Assembly (NCBI GenBank): GCA_017446155.1
Contig: JAFSRI010000045.1
Location: 16,704 to 80,703 of the forward strand
From: Clostridia bacterium
GTDB taxonomy: Bacteria; Bacillota; Clostridia; Oscillospirales; CAG-272
Length of the DNA: 64,000 nt
Direction of reading: 5' to 3'
In this document: positions 1 through 10,196 of the stretch, in pieces
Numbering within the stretch: position 1 is the stretch's first letter
Layout of the letters: each line of letters starts with the position of its first letter
Position numbers and translations under genes: made by a program
The notes under the pieces: model-generated
Databases searched by the model: none
What the model saw: only the letters and a program-made list of their open reading frames with translations
Told to the model about the DNA's origin: nothing

Positions 1-1068
1 TATTGAGCCGTTTACATATCTGCCGGCGGAATATCCCTTGAAGTTTTCATACGGGGGATCGATACTGAACCATTCGGCAAACGCCGCCGTTGTTTTTCTG
101 CGATTCATATATTCTTCGATAATTGAACGGGATTGACTAAGGTCTGTTACGCCGCGGTTAATATCGTATCCGTTTGAAAGAGAAAGCCGCTCTGCTTCCC
201 TGTCGTCAATGCCGTTATGATTTATGTGGAGCTGATGAATAAAGAACTTACTGTTCCAAAGATATTTAAACATATTGTTTTTCAACGTTTCGGCGCGAGC
301 TCTCCATTCGTCGGCTTTTGTATGCTCCCCTGCTTTTTCATTGAAAAATGCAAGAATATTCATTGCTTCATAAACACCGGAATTATCGCCGTGCATGGCT
401 GACATAGGCTCATCGTCATGTATACGCCTGTCGGTCTGCGACTTTTGATCGTTTGTAAAATCCCATGTGTCTATCGTGAACGGGCGCACCACAAGGCCGT
501 ATTCGTCATTCCACCGTTTAGGAGATGATGTCATATAATTTATCGCTTTTTCAAGCCGAGGAAGTATTGATTTTACCCACTCAAAATCGCCCGTCGCACG
601 ATAATACTGCCAAACTCCTTCAACCACAATATATTCAACGTCGGCTTCAAGTTCAAGACGAACAAGGGCCACGTTGTCATCCGGGAAAATTTTTCTGCAT
701 TCCTGCCCTACGTATGACCAGTGCATATCGTCGAGTTGCTTTACAAGTTCAAAAAAGAACCCTTCGTCTGTCTGCATTTCAATTATATATTGCAAAAAAG
801 ACCTCAAATCGTATTCCCAGTGTCTGAACGCCTTCATCATATGAACGTAATCTCGTATCCAGTTGTTGCAGCAGGCAATGACGCGTCCGTCAACAAAAAG
901 CAAGCGGCGCTCGTCAGAAACTTGATTATGCAAAAGATGCAGAAATAGCCCCGGTCTCGGGCTGTCGGTCGTCAAAGCGCACGGCAAAACCATTTCATAA
1001 TTGTTATATGTTCCGTTATGAGTGTCGTTTATATTTCTTGAAGGCAGCTTGAAATCAAATTCGATCAT
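1..1068 (-). CDS. Glycoside hydrolase-like protein, (alpha/alpha)6 six-hairpin type; N-terminal 356 codons only, continues past the left window edge
   Basis: Missing from the ORF track because no stop lies inside the window. ATG at 1068-1066 (minus) lies 5 nt after AAGAGG. I checked every in-frame triplet down to base 1 and found no stop. My translation starts MIEFDFKLPSRNINDTHNGTYNNYEMVLPC and contains segments such as EADVEYIVVEGVWQYYRATGDFEWV and HGDNSGVYEAMN, typical of six-hairpin glycosidases. Family not resolved by eye. Confidence 0.6.
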   Translation of the reverse strand, partial: MIEFDFKLPSRNINDTHNGTYNNYEMVLPCALTTDSPRPGLFLHLLHNQVSDERRLLFVDGRVIACCNNWIRDYVHMMKAFRHWEYDLRSFLQYIIEMQTDEGFFFELVKQLDDMHWSYVGQECRKIFPDDNVALVRLELEADVEYIVVEGVWQYYRATGDFEWVKSILPRLEKAINYMTSSPKRWNDEYGLVVRPFTIDTWDFTNDQKSQTDRRIHDDEPMSAMHGDNSGVYEAMNILAFFNEKAGEHTKADEWRARAETLKNNMFKYLWNSKFFIHQLHINHNGIDDREAERLSLSNGYDINRGVTDLSQSRSIIEEYMNRRKTTAAFAEWFSIDPPYENFKGYSAGRYVNGSI

Positions 1069-1221
1069 AAAAACCTCTTATATTTTTTTAAAAAAGTTTA
1101 AAATTCACATTATCTGTTTTCAGTGTATCATAATAAATTCTTATATGCAACAAAAATTCAGCGGAAACGATAGTTTAAAACATCTCGTTTCCGCTGTTAA
1201 GGCTTAAATCTTATTTTTATA

Positions 1222-2358
1222 TCACGCCGCCTTGCCGGTTTCTTCAACGTACTGCACGTCGGCGGGTATATACTGTTGCGCCGCCTTCGTTATTCCGTCC
1301 GGATAAATTTGTGCAAAATCGTTTTTCATGGATATCGGCGTAAATCCCTTTGATATATAGTCCGCCGATTTTGTTTCCCAATTCTGCGTGCCCCATTCTC
1401 TCACGTTATCGTCGGCAACTATCATATACGCCTGCGCCTTATGGGGATTTCTCTCGTCTATGGCATAATTCATCATACTCGTGTCGCTTCCGCTGTTGCC
1501 GAACGCAAGAACCGGGCGCTTACCGATTTCGCGCTCGACCAAGATAGATTTGTTTGCATTGAGATTTTTTTGAATAAAGCCGCCGGTCAATACAAGCTCG
1601 TCGCCGTTTTCATATTTGAAGTTCATATTAGACGACTCATCCTCGTGTCCCTTTTGTTTTATTTCAAAATCTGTTCCGATCACGTGCTCCGGAGAAACAT
1701 AATCTTTTATCGGCGAGTTTGCAACAATCGCTCTTGTAGTCGTGCGTTCCGTGCCGCTGATGACATATATCGTAAAGTCGTTTTCATAAAGATATTTGAC
1801 AAGTTCCACCATCGGCAGATAAAAATTGTCGATATATCTCATGTTGTTGAAACTCGCCGTCTTTTTCTGTCCGAAACTTACGGCATAGTCATAAAATTCC
1901 TCGACGGTCATTCCTGCAAACGCTTTGGCGAAATTTCTTGCAAGCGTTTCGTCGGCAACATATCCGGGCTTTATTGACGCCGCTACTTCTTTCAGTTCAT
2001 CTGAAACGCGCTCAGGGTGATCGTTTAAGCAATATTCAATAAACATCATTGTGTCATAGTAAGTGTAGAACGTTTCGCAGGCAAGCGTTCCGTCCATATC
2101 GAACACGGCGATACGATCCTCAACGGGGATGAAATCATCGCCGCCCTCTTTGGTGACGGACGTGACAAAATCCACAAGCTGTTTCTTTGCGCCAGTGCCG
2201 TCGTTCCACAGCGACAGGCTTTCGGTTTTTTCAACATTTGGTTCTGCCGTCTTGTATCCCACGCCGAGCGCGTAAAGAAAGCTTACAACTATCAACGCGC
2301 ACAGAACCGTTATGGCTGTCAAACGCCATATTTTCATCTGTTTTGTTGTCTTATCCAT
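1222..2358 (-). CDS. Membrane-anchored HAD-superfamily phosphatase
   Basis: 378-aa ORF with an N-terminal hydrophobic anchor (WRLTAITVLCALIVVSFLYALGV). It has HAD motif I FDMDGTL and a later GNSGSD motif. GGAGAG RBS. Lies 27 nt downstream of the cstA-like gene on the same strand. Confidence 0.7.
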   Translation of the reverse strand: MDKTTKQMKIWRLTAITVLCALIVVSFLYALGVGYKTAEPNVEKTESLSLWNDGTGAKKQLVDFVTSVTKEGGDDFIPVEDRIAVFDMDGTLACETFYTYYDTMMFIEYCLNDHPERVSDELKEVAASIKPGYVADETLARNFAKAFAGMTVEEFYDYAVSFGQKKTASFNNMRYIDNFYLPMVELVKYLYENDFTIYVISGTERTTTRAIVANSPIKDYVSPEHVIGTDFEIKQKGHEDESSNMNFKYENGDELVLTGGFIQKNLNANKSILVEREIGKRPVLAFGNSGSDTSMMNYAIDERNPHKAQAYMIVADDNVREWGTQNWETKSADYISKGFTPISMKNDFAQIYPDGITKAAQQYIPADVQYVEETGKAA

Positions 2359-2385
2359 TTTGTTTCTTCTCTCCGTAATGTTATT

Positions 2386-3840
2386 TTATTTGTTTTGAAT
2401 TAATTGTTTTGATTTTTCTTTCCGTATCAAAGCGAACATATAAACCGCAAACAGCGTTACCGCCGCAAACGCCCCCGCAATGTAAGAGATTGTTTGGTTC
2501 AATCTAAACCCTTCCTTTGCCATGAGAATGTATGTAATGCTGACCGCTGTCATAAATGAAGCGGGAAGCGCCGTAAGAAGAGAGCCTAAGCGATATTTTC
2601 CTTCTTTGACCAAATATGCCGTCGACACCCAAAGTGCGATCATGGCAAGCGTTTGGTTGCTCCATGAAAAGTATCGCCATATTATCTGGAAGCCATTGTC
2701 GTTTGCAATCGCAAACCAAGTAAGTATTCCGCCGACAGCAAGCAAAGGAACGGTGATAAGCAAACGGTTTTTTATTTTTTTCTGATCCATGCGGAACGTT
2801 TCTGCCAAGATCAATCTTGCGCTTCTAAATGCGGTGTCCCCGGATGTTATCGGGCAAATGATAACGCCGGCGACAGCGAGTATGCCCCCGAAAACGCCGA
2901 GCACACCTGTTGAAATTTCATAAACAACGTTGGATGCGCCGCCTTTAAGCGCTTCGTTTAACAGTTCGGTCGTTCCGTAAAATGAAACTCCCGCGGCAGC
3001 CCATACGAGCGCTATCACCGACTCGCTTATCATCGCGCCGTAGAATACGCTTCTGCCTTCTTTTTCGGATTTTATGCATTTGGCTATCATCGGTGACTGC
3101 GTCGCGTGAAAACCCGACACGGCGCCGCACGCAACCGTGACAAACATATACGGCCAAACGGGTGTATTTTCCGGATGAAGGTTTTTTAATGACAATTCGG
3201 GAATTGTATATTTACCGCCGGAAAAGATTATTCCGCCCATGACAGCGACAGCCATAACGATTAGCAATACGCCGAAAACGGGGTAAAGTTTTCCGATAAG
3301 TTTGTCTATCGGAAGAAGCGTAGCCAGCAAATAGTAAACAAGAATTATAACAGACCAAAACGTGCCGTTCATCCAATCGGGCGTCAGCTTGTCGAGCAGT
3401 CCCGCCGGACTTGTTACGAACACTGTGCCGCAAAGCACCAAAAGGATGACTGAGAAAATACGCATTATCCATTTTGCCGCTTTGCCGAGATATGTACCCG
3501 ACAATTCCGCAATCGATGTGCCTTGATGCCGCGAACTTATCATTCCGCTCATATAATCGTGCACCGCGCCGCCCAAAATAGAACCGAACACTATCCACAA
3601 AAACACAACCGGGCCGAACACCGCGCCCATAAGCGCGCCGAAAATCGGGCCTGTACCCGCAATATTCAACAGTTGCACCAAAAACGCCTTCCATTTTTTC
3701 ATCGGCACACAGTCGACGCCGTCGTTTATGGCAATAGCCGGCGTCGGACGGTCGTCAGGAGAAAAAATTTTCTCGGTTACCTTGCCGTAAACGACGTAAC
3801 CTATGATTAAAACCAAAAAAGAGAGAACAAGCGAAATCAT
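2386..3840 (-). CDS. cstA: Carbon starvation protein A family transporter (peptide/pyruvate uptake family)
   Basis: 484-aa polytopic membrane ORF. The N-terminus MISLVLSFLVLIIGYVVYGKVTEKIFSPDDRPTPA and the segment LLNIAGTGPIFGALMGA match my memory of CstA-family proteins. AAGGAAAG RBS. Confidence 0.75.
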   Translation of the reverse strand: MISLVLSFLVLIIGYVVYGKVTEKIFSPDDRPTPAIAINDGVDCVPMKKWKAFLVQLLNIAGTGPIFGALMGAVFGPVVFLWIVFGSILGGAVHDYMSGMISSRHQGTSIAELSGTYLGKAAKWIMRIFSVILLVLCGTVFVTSPAGLLDKLTPDWMNGTFWSVIILVYYLLATLLPIDKLIGKLYPVFGVLLIVMAVAVMGGIIFSGGKYTIPELSLKNLHPENTPVWPYMFVTVACGAVSGFHATQSPMIAKCIKSEKEGRSVFYGAMISESVIALVWAAAGVSFYGTTELLNEALKGGASNVVYEISTGVLGVFGGILAVAGVIICPITSGDTAFRSARLILAETFRMDQKKIKNRLLITVPLLAVGGILTWFAIANDNGFQIIWRYFSWSNQTLAMIALWVSTAYLVKEGKYRLGSLLTALPASFMTAVSITYILMAKEGFRLNQTISYIAGAFAAVTLFAVYMFALIRKEKSKQLIQNK

Positions 3841-4189
3841 ATTATCTTTCCTTTATGTAATGTGTTTTCTTAAAGCGTTTTTATAATAGCACAAACACGC
3901 AAATATTTCAATCGTTTTTTGGCTGAAAACGGCTTTTATTTTCAGTCGAAAAAAGTTTTCGAAAACATGTCCGTATAAAGCGCCGTTTTTAATTTATCGG
4001 TTTATAATCCGGCGCAGATAATATCAAAAAAGAATATTTTAAAAATCGATTTTACTCATCAATAAATTTCTTTGTCACTTTTATTTTATTTGTGTTGCCA
4101 TGGGTCGCGTTTTAGTGTATAATTGACGTATAAATCATTTTTTCGACGGATTATATTTTTTCGTCGGGAACAGATAACAGGAGCTCAAT

Positions 4190-6016
4190 ATGCCGATACA
4201 TGAGATAAAATGCAATAGATTTTCTTTGAAAATCGACGCGGAGAACATTAAATATGCGGTCGTGCTCAAAAACAGCGAAACATGGACGATAACAAAAAAA
4301 CCGTACGTTTGCTTTTCTTCGGGCAAGATCGTTGAGTTCCCACAGCCGAAAGAAATAAAAATAACAAAAACGGGAACATATGACGGTGTGCGAGCGTATT
4401 ACGATATACCGCAAACCGAAATTTCCGTCATGACTCACGTTTATGTTGACGCAACAACCGAGGATATTATTTTCGAGCTGCGCGTCGACGGCGATAAAAA
4501 GGGCGAAATAGAAACCGTGTCGTATCCCGCCCCGTTTGATTTCGGCGCAAAAGCGGGAGAGGGGTATACCGTACTCCCGAGAATGCAGGGAACGCTCGTT
4601 CCCGCGGGGACGAGGATAAAAATAGCCATCGGCGACATTTTCGGCCGCGACGCATATATGCCGCTTTACGGGCAGGTGAGAAACGGCGCGGGATACGCCG
4701 CTATATTCGACACCCCGTATGATGCAAAATATCAGCTCGACGAGGACAGAGTCGTGCCCTTGTTCCGTCCGTCGCTTGGCAAAATGTCGTATATCAGAAA
4801 AATGATCTTCCGTTTCAGAGATCCGTGCGACTATAACGTCATTGCCAAATGCTACCGCGCATATGTTAAAGAAAACGGAAAGCTTGTGACACTAAAAGAA
4901 AAAGTTGCTAAAAATCCAAACGTTCAAAATTTGTTCGGCTGCCCGATAATCCACACCGGCATCTGCCGCAATGTTATGCCGACCTGCGATAAATACGATA
5001 AAGAGCATCCCGAAAACAATCACTCCTGCGTTCCGTTCTCGCAGCGCGCGGAAGAACTGAAGGCGCTGAAAGCGAAGGGACTTGAAAAGGCATATACACA
5101 TTTTGACGGGTGGGGCGTCCGCGGATATGACAATCTGCACCCGTCGCCGTTTCCGCCGAATGAAGAGGCGGGCGGCACGGAGGGGATGAGAAAGCTCAGC
5201 GAAACGACGCGAGAGCTTGGATATATTTTCGGCGTTCACGATCAATACAGAGATTACTATCTCGACGGCCCCGACTTTTCATATGACGAAGCCACGCTTA
5301 AAATAGACGGCACATATCCGCGCAAAACATATTGGGCGGGAGGCGTTCATTCATATCTATGCTCGACAAGAGCCGTCGATTACGTCAGGCGAAATTATGC
5401 TGAGTTTGACAAGCTCAAAATCAAGATCGACGCGGCGTATCTCGACGTTTTCTCCGTCGCGGATCTCGATGAAAACTTTTCCCCCGACCACCCGACGACG
5501 CGCGAGCAGTGCGCGAGGGACAGGATGCACTGTTTCGACATACTGACCGACAGGGGCATAATACCGTCGTCGGAGGAGATAATGGACTGCGTGCTTCCGT
5601 CGATGGTTTTGTGCCATCACGCGCCGTATTACACGTCGAGTCTGAGCGACAAGACTTCCGCCGAGTCGCGCGGCATACCGATACCGCTGACGAATCTCGT
5701 CTATCACGACTGCGTCGTGATACCGTGGATAGGACTGAAAGGTCAGTTCGGCGGCTTCGGCATTTCCGGAAAGGACGGCGCGTATACGCACGCGATACTG
5801 AACGGCGATCCCGTCTACTGTCCGATAGACGCGACGGCGGAGCAGCTCGAACAAGTCAAATTCGCGTGCGAGAGCGCCGAGAAGCTCGCGCTTTGCGAAA
5901 TGGTAAAGCACGAATTCCTCTCCGACGATTACCGCCGCCAGAGAACGACGTTTTCCGACGGAACGATGGTAGAAGTTAACTTCGATACAAACGAATATGT
6001 GATAAAACAAATATAA
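4190..6016 (+). CDS. Hypothetical cytoplasmic protein, probable TIM-barrel glycoside hydrolase of unresolved family
   Basis: 608-aa ORF with an AGGAGC RBS and no signal peptide. The N-terminal half is beta-rich. The central part (THFDGWGVRGYDNLHPS, GVHDQYRDYY, YLDVFS) resembles GH31/GH129-like catalytic barrels. Neighbours are sugar-related genes. Confidence 0.45.
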   Translation: MPIHEIKCNRFSLKIDAENIKYAVVLKNSETWTITKKPYVCFSSGKIVEFPQPKEIKITKTGTYDGVRAYYDIPQTEISVMTHVYVDATTEDIIFELRVDGDKKGEIETVSYPAPFDFGAKAGEGYTVLPRMQGTLVPAGTRIKIAIGDIFGRDAYMPLYGQVRNGAGYAAIFDTPYDAKYQLDEDRVVPLFRPSLGKMSYIRKMIFRFRDPCDYNVIAKCYRAYVKENGKLVTLKEKVAKNPNVQNLFGCPIIHTGICRNVMPTCDKYDKEHPENNHSCVPFSQRAEELKALKAKGLEKAYTHFDGWGVRGYDNLHPSPFPPNEEAGGTEGMRKLSETTRELGYIFGVHDQYRDYYLDGPDFSYDEATLKIDGTYPRKTYWAGGVHSYLCSTRAVDYVRRNYAEFDKLKIKIDAAYLDVFSVADLDENFSPDHPTTREQCARDRMHCFDILTDRGIIPSSEEIMDCVLPSMVLCHHAPYYTSSLSDKTSAESRGIPIPLTNLVYHDCVVIPWIGLKGQFGGFGISGKDGAYTHAILNGDPVYCPIDATAEQLEQVKFACESAEKLALCEMVKHEFLSDDYRRQRTTFSDGTMVEVNFDTNEYVIKQI

Positions 6017-6094
6017 CTTTTACACAGATCGGGCGTTCATAACTTTATTGTTATGAACGCCCGATTTTTTAGTCATAATAACAAATTTGCTTTT

Positions 6095-6964
6095 TTATGT
6101 TCCGTCAAACATTCTAATCAAATATTTACCCGTTTCATAAACGTATTTCGCCCAAACATCAGCGACGCCGTCCGGCAATTTGCCGTAAGCAAATTCAAAC
6201 GAGAGCTTGCCCGAATAGCCGAAAGATTTAAGACAAGCCATGTTTTTTTGCCAATCCGTGTCGCCGAGAAACGGCACAAGGTGCAAATCTTTTTCATAAT
6301 AATTATCATGAACATGGGTACAAACGACGTATTTTCCGATATGTTTTAAAGCGTCAACCATGCCGTCGCTGCCGAAAGCGCATTTTGCGTGGCCGAAATC
6401 CCAACAACATTTGACCGACGGCGCGTTGAATCTTTCGATAATGCCCTTCAATTCCTCTACGCGCGAGGTAAACCGCGATTTTCCGTCAACCTGCGGCCAA
6501 CGGCGCGAGTTGTCCTCAAAAACATTCTCAACAGCTAATATTAAACCGTTTTTATCAGCATATTCAACGTAAGGCGCAAGATATTCATAAGTAAAATCTT
6601 CAATTTCACGTTCGTCATATCTGCCGCTTACGCGGTATTCGTCGGCGTGAACTACAACATATTTTGCACCGATTATCTTTGAAGCCTCAAACACACGCCA
6701 AAAGTACGTCGGGAATATTTCATCGTCATACTTGCAATATCGGTTGAACGGCGCATGCGTCTGCTCGACCGTGATCCCCGCGCGCTCGAATATCTCACGA
6801 TCGCGGTATGCATTTCGCTCCCATTCGTCGCTTAAAAACTCCGGCGTATAGTCGACAAACTTAAATCCCGCTCTGCGGCATATATCCGCTATCTCTTCCG
6901 TGCTCCTCTGTTCATCTGCGTTCAAGCGCGGCTTTAAATAGTTTAAAGATATTGACAATTCCAT
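6095..6964 (-). CDS. Sugar phosphate isomerase/epimerase (xylose isomerase-like TIM barrel)
   Basis: 289-aa ORF with an AGGTGAG RBS. Typical family segments are VVVHADE, LAVENV, CWDFGHA and HVHDN (metal-binding His/Asp/Glu pattern). Confidence 0.75.
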   Translation of the reverse strand: MELSISLNYLKPRLNADEQRSTEEIADICRRAGFKFVDYTPEFLSDEWERNAYRDREIFERAGITVEQTHAPFNRYCKYDDEIFPTYFWRVFEASKIIGAKYVVVHADEYRVSGRYDEREIEDFTYEYLAPYVEYADKNGLILAVENVFEDNSRRWPQVDGKSRFTSRVEELKGIIERFNAPSVKCCWDFGHAKCAFGSDGMVDALKHIGKYVVCTHVHDNYYEKDLHLVPFLGDTDWQKNMACLKSFGYSGKLSFEFAYGKLPDGVADVWAKYVYETGKYLIRMFDGT

Positions 6965-7353
6965 GTTTTCTCACCTGTTTTATTTGTTTATTCGCATTGA
7001 CGTGGGGATAAAATAAAGTTTTTCCGATCTCCCTTTGTCCGCCTATAAGGACATTTTTCAGTCTTCGTGTTATTCCGGTTTAATCCTATCACACACAAAT
7101 TGTTTTGTCAACGAAAATCCTGACATCAACTCTATCTCAACATTTTGCCGCAAATAATATCCCGAATAAGCCGCAGGCATTTCACGTTTCGTTTTATAAA
7201 CAATTCTTGGAAAATCAAAGATTTCGGGAATTGAGGTTAAACGGATCTTTCTTGACAGAGTTGTAATAAACGCCGAAAAACGTCCTTTTCTATTGACAAA
7301 TTCCCCATAAAAGGTAAAATATAAATAAGAAAACCGCAACGGGAGGAATAACC

Positions 7354-8373
7354 ATGAAAGTATGTATTTACGGCGCGGGGTCGCTTGGAACCGTGCTCGG
7401 AGCGTATATTGCAAAGGCGGGGGACAACATTGACCTTGTCAACAGAAACGAAAAGCATGTTCAAGCGCTGAATGAAAACGGAGCGAAAATCATCGGCAAG
7501 GCGGATTTTACTCAAAAAGTCCATGCGCTAACGCCCGGCGAAATGACAGAAAAATACGACATTATTTTTTTGATGACAAAACAGCTCGACAACAGAAACG
7601 TTGTTGAATTTTTAAAAGAATATCTGACTGACGACGGCGTTATCTGCACTACGCAAAACGGACTCCCCGAGCCGCTTATCGGGGAAATTATCGGCGAAAA
7701 ACGCACGTTCGGCTGTGCTATCGGCTGGGGCGCGCAGATGGTGTCACCCGGTGTTGTGGAGCTGACAAGCGAAGCGGACTCTCTTGTGTTCGCGCTGGGC
7801 GCGCTTGACCGCGAAAGCCAAAACGGCGCTCATTTTGAAGAGATAAAACGACTTCTTTCGCTGATGGGCAAGGTGGAGCTCAACGACAACTTCATTGGAG
7901 TCAGATGGAGCAAACTTGTCGTCAACAGTGCGTTCAGCGGTCTTTCAACCGTTTGCGGTTGTGATTTCGGCGGTGTTGCCGACAACAAAACGTCGCGCCT
8001 TCTCGCGCAAAGAATTATAAAAGAGATAATCGACCTTTGCGCCAAGGGCGGAATAAAGATAGAACCGATACAAGGAAAGGACGTTGTTAAATTGCTCGAC
8101 TATCATTCGGCAATAAAACAAAAGATCAGCTTTTTCATAATTCCCATTGCCATAAAAAAGCACAGGCTCATCCGCGCGAGTATGCTTCAAGACATTGAAA
8201 AAGGCAAGAAGTGCGAGGTAGACGCCATAAACGGCGTCGTAAGTGACTTCGGCAGAAAATATAACAGCCCGACGCCGATCAACGACAAGACCGTGGAGCT
8301 GATAAAAGATATTGAGGCGGGCAAGCTCACGCCGAGCTTTGATAATCTAAAATATTACGCCGATTTGATTTGA
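7354..8373 (+). CDS. 2-dehydropantoate 2-reductase (ketopantoate reductase, ApbA/PanE) family oxidoreductase
   Basis: 339-aa ORF with a GGGAGGA RBS. N-terminal Rossmann motif MKVCIYGAGSLGTVLGAYIAKAG. Length and C-terminal helical domain fit the ApbA/PanE family. Substrate not assignable. Confidence 0.65.
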   Translation: MKVCIYGAGSLGTVLGAYIAKAGDNIDLVNRNEKHVQALNENGAKIIGKADFTQKVHALTPGEMTEKYDIIFLMTKQLDNRNVVEFLKEYLTDDGVICTTQNGLPEPLIGEIIGEKRTFGCAIGWGAQMVSPGVVELTSEADSLVFALGALDRESQNGAHFEEIKRLLSLMGKVELNDNFIGVRWSKLVVNSAFSGLSTVCGCDFGGVADNKTSRLLAQRIIKEIIDLCAKGGIKIEPIQGKDVVKLLDYHSAIKQKISFFIIPIAIKKHRLIRASMLQDIEKGKKCEVDAINGVVSDFGRKYNSPTPINDKTVELIKDIEAGKLTPSFDNLKYYADLI

Positions 8374-8390
8374 CCGTCATTTATAACTTG

Positions 8391-8444
8391 AAAAAAATTC
8401 TTCCCGTGATACGTTCATTTGTTGTACCGCGGGAAGATTTTTTC
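8391..8444. terminator. Bidirectional intrinsic terminator between convergent genes
   Basis: Stem TCTTCCCG (8399-8406) pairs with CGGGAAGA (8430-8437). It is flanked by an A-run upstream and TTTTTT downstream. The loop is long (about 23 nt), hence the moderate confidence. Confidence 0.45.
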
Positions 8445-8466
8445 AGTTTCATTTTTTAAACCTTAT

Positions 8467-8910
8467 TTATTGTTTAATTACTGCCGGATCTCCCGTATAT
8501 TCAAACACGGCGCCGTCAGGCAGGGTTGCAAACATAAACGAATCCGATTCGTTTGCAAGGAAGATGAGTTTACCGTTTTCATATTTGAATTTGAACTTTT
8601 TTAAAAGTGTTATATCTGAAATCGTTTTATCTGAAGAAATCGGTGTATATTCCTCCGTAAGTGTGATTACATTTCCGTCTATCGTGTATTTTCCAATGCC
8701 TAAATAACTGCTCAAAAGGGATGTGTGATAAGAAAATGTCCCGTCGCTGACAAGACTTATCGTAAAACTGTCTATTTCAAGTCCGTTGTCGTTCGGGTGA
8801 GTATAACGCCCGTTTAAAGCCTTTGCTGTCAACGGCTTATCTTCCCCGCACGATAAAAGCGTCAAAGAAATAAGGGTAATCATAAGAATAAATGCGATAG
8901 TTCTTTTCAT
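8467..8910 (-). CDS. Small lipoprotein of unknown function
   Basis: 147-aa ORF with a GGAGGG RBS. Signal peptide with lipobox MKRTIAFILMITLISLTLLSCG. No recognisable domain. Confidence 0.6.
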   Translation of the reverse strand: MKRTIAFILMITLISLTLLSCGEDKPLTAKALNGRYTHPNDNGLEIDSFTISLVSDGTFSYHTSLLSSYLGIGKYTIDGNVITLTEEYTPISSDKTISDITLLKKFKFKYENGKLIFLANESDSFMFATLPDGAVFEYTGDPAVIKQ

Positions 8911-9189
8911 GGTTTTCCCTCCTTTGGTTTTGATGAGTTTCTTCTTTTAATATTTAGTCGTTTTCGGATATGTTTTTTCTCGCTTGTTTTTAAATATTAA
9001 AGAAAAATATAAACGAAAGTCAATTTCGTCTGCAAGCCGTTTATAAGCCTGAACCGAATTTCCCAACCGATCCGAAATATGATATGCTTATAAGATCATA
9101 TTCAAATTCACAGCAAATAAAAAGCACATTTACAGACGGTTCAAAAGGCTATAAATCGGTTCAATATGGTAAAACAAATGCTTGCACCG

Positions 9190-9240
9190 AATAAAAACCC
9201 AAAAAGCTGTCAAGCGCTGATACGCCTGACAGCTTTTTTT
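9190..9240 (-). terminator. Intrinsic terminator of the G3E GTPase pair
   Basis: Stem AGCTGTCA (9205-9212) pairs with TGACAGCT (9227-9234). On the minus strand it is followed by TTTTTGGGTTTTT. The plus-strand side also has a T-run. Confidence 0.7.
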
Positions 9241-9241
9241 A

Positions 9242-10186
9242 TCAATAAAACGTAGCCACCATGTTTTCGGGTTCAGGCTTTTCGGTCGATTCGATAAGTT
9301 TCAGCACCGGCCCTTTTCTGCCGTAAACGTTGCTTGTTTTAACGTTTATCTTGGCTGTAAGTTCCACCCATTTTTCGGCGCTCACTTTATCGGCGCCGTT
9401 TTCGCAAAACAGCCCGCTGAAAGCGATGTCCTCGACGCAGCACGTCATTATCGGTCGCCCGATAACAAAACCGTTGCGCGGCAATCTGTCGGATTTGTTC
9501 ACCGTTCCGCAGAATTTTACGGTCTTGCCATTGTAACTGTTCATATTCTCCGAAAGGTCGCGGTAGAAAAGCGCATAGTCCCGATCGTCTATCTCTATCA
9601 CGGGGGCAGTAATATCGAACGGAAGCGGATCTTCTATATCGTCATATGCTATCTGCCCGTTCGTTCTTTCATAAAGGATCTGCCCGCGGCGATTCACACC
9701 TCGAACGATTTTGTGGAACAATTCAAGGTTAGTGTCCGTTTCACAGCGATTGAACACGATAAGGTCGGCGTTTGTAAACTTGTCAACGACGAGATTACGC
9801 ATGTTCGCGTTGTAAACTTCAAAAGTCGAAGCGTCAGAGAACGTTATCTCCTGATATATAAACCACTCATCCGGGAACGCCGCCACAAGATCTTTTAGCA
9901 GCCACATGCCGTTGTACTCGATTATGACCCTCGTCGCCTTATATTTTGTTTGAAGTGCGGCAAGCGTTCTTTTGTTCAGTTTTTCGGCGTCGTCTATTAT
10001 CTCACAGAATATGTCCCCGGGAGCAAACCCCGAAGGATCAAGCTCCTCCTCGCCCTCTTCAAACTGAATAACGAGCGTTTTGTCCTTTTTATCGTCAAAG
10101 AAGTTTTTGTCCGCCAGCGTTTCCTGCAAAAATTTTGTCTTGCCCGATTCAAGAAACCCTGTCATAAGATATACGGGTATATCCAT
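9242..10186 (-). CDS. G3E-family GTPase-like protein lacking the CxCC motif, with a Cys-containing C-terminal domain
   Basis: I moved the start to the ATG at 10186 (MDIPVYLMTGF), which follows AAGGAGAG. The track start at 10240 would overlap the upstream gene by 44 nt. Walker-A-like GFLESGKT is present. No CxCC motif. The C-terminal half carries GRPIMTCCVEDIAFSGLFCENG. Confidence 0.7.
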   Translation of the reverse strand: MDIPVYLMTGFLESGKTKFLQETLADKNFFDDKKDKTLVIQFEEGEEELDPSGFAPGDIFCEIIDDAEKLNKRTLAALQTKYKATRVIIEYNGMWLLKDLVAAFPDEWFIYQEITFSDASTFEVYNANMRNLVVDKFTNADLIVFNRCETDTNLELFHKIVRGVNRRGQILYERTNGQIAYDDIEDPLPFDITAPVIEIDDRDYALFYRDLSENMNSYNGKTVKFCGTVNKSDRLPRNGFVIGRPIMTCCVEDIAFSGLFCENGADKVSAEKWVELTAKINVKTSNVYGRKGPVLKLIESTEKPEPENMVATFY

Positions 10187-10196
10187 TTTTCTCTCC

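Noticed and set aside
5357-6010. 217-aa minus-strand and 156-aa plus-strand Arg-rich ORFs inside the 608-aa gene.
   Set aside because: They are shadow ORFs in a locally GC-rich coding region. They are Arg/Val/Gly-rich, have no RBS and lie entirely within a better-supported gene.
8930-9130. AT-rich inverted repeats upstream of the lipoprotein gene: TTTAATATTTA...TAAATATTAAA and ATATGAT...ATCATAT.
   Set aside because: These are short, AT-only repeats in an AT-rich spacer, and the chance expectation is high. I can tie no functional context to them.
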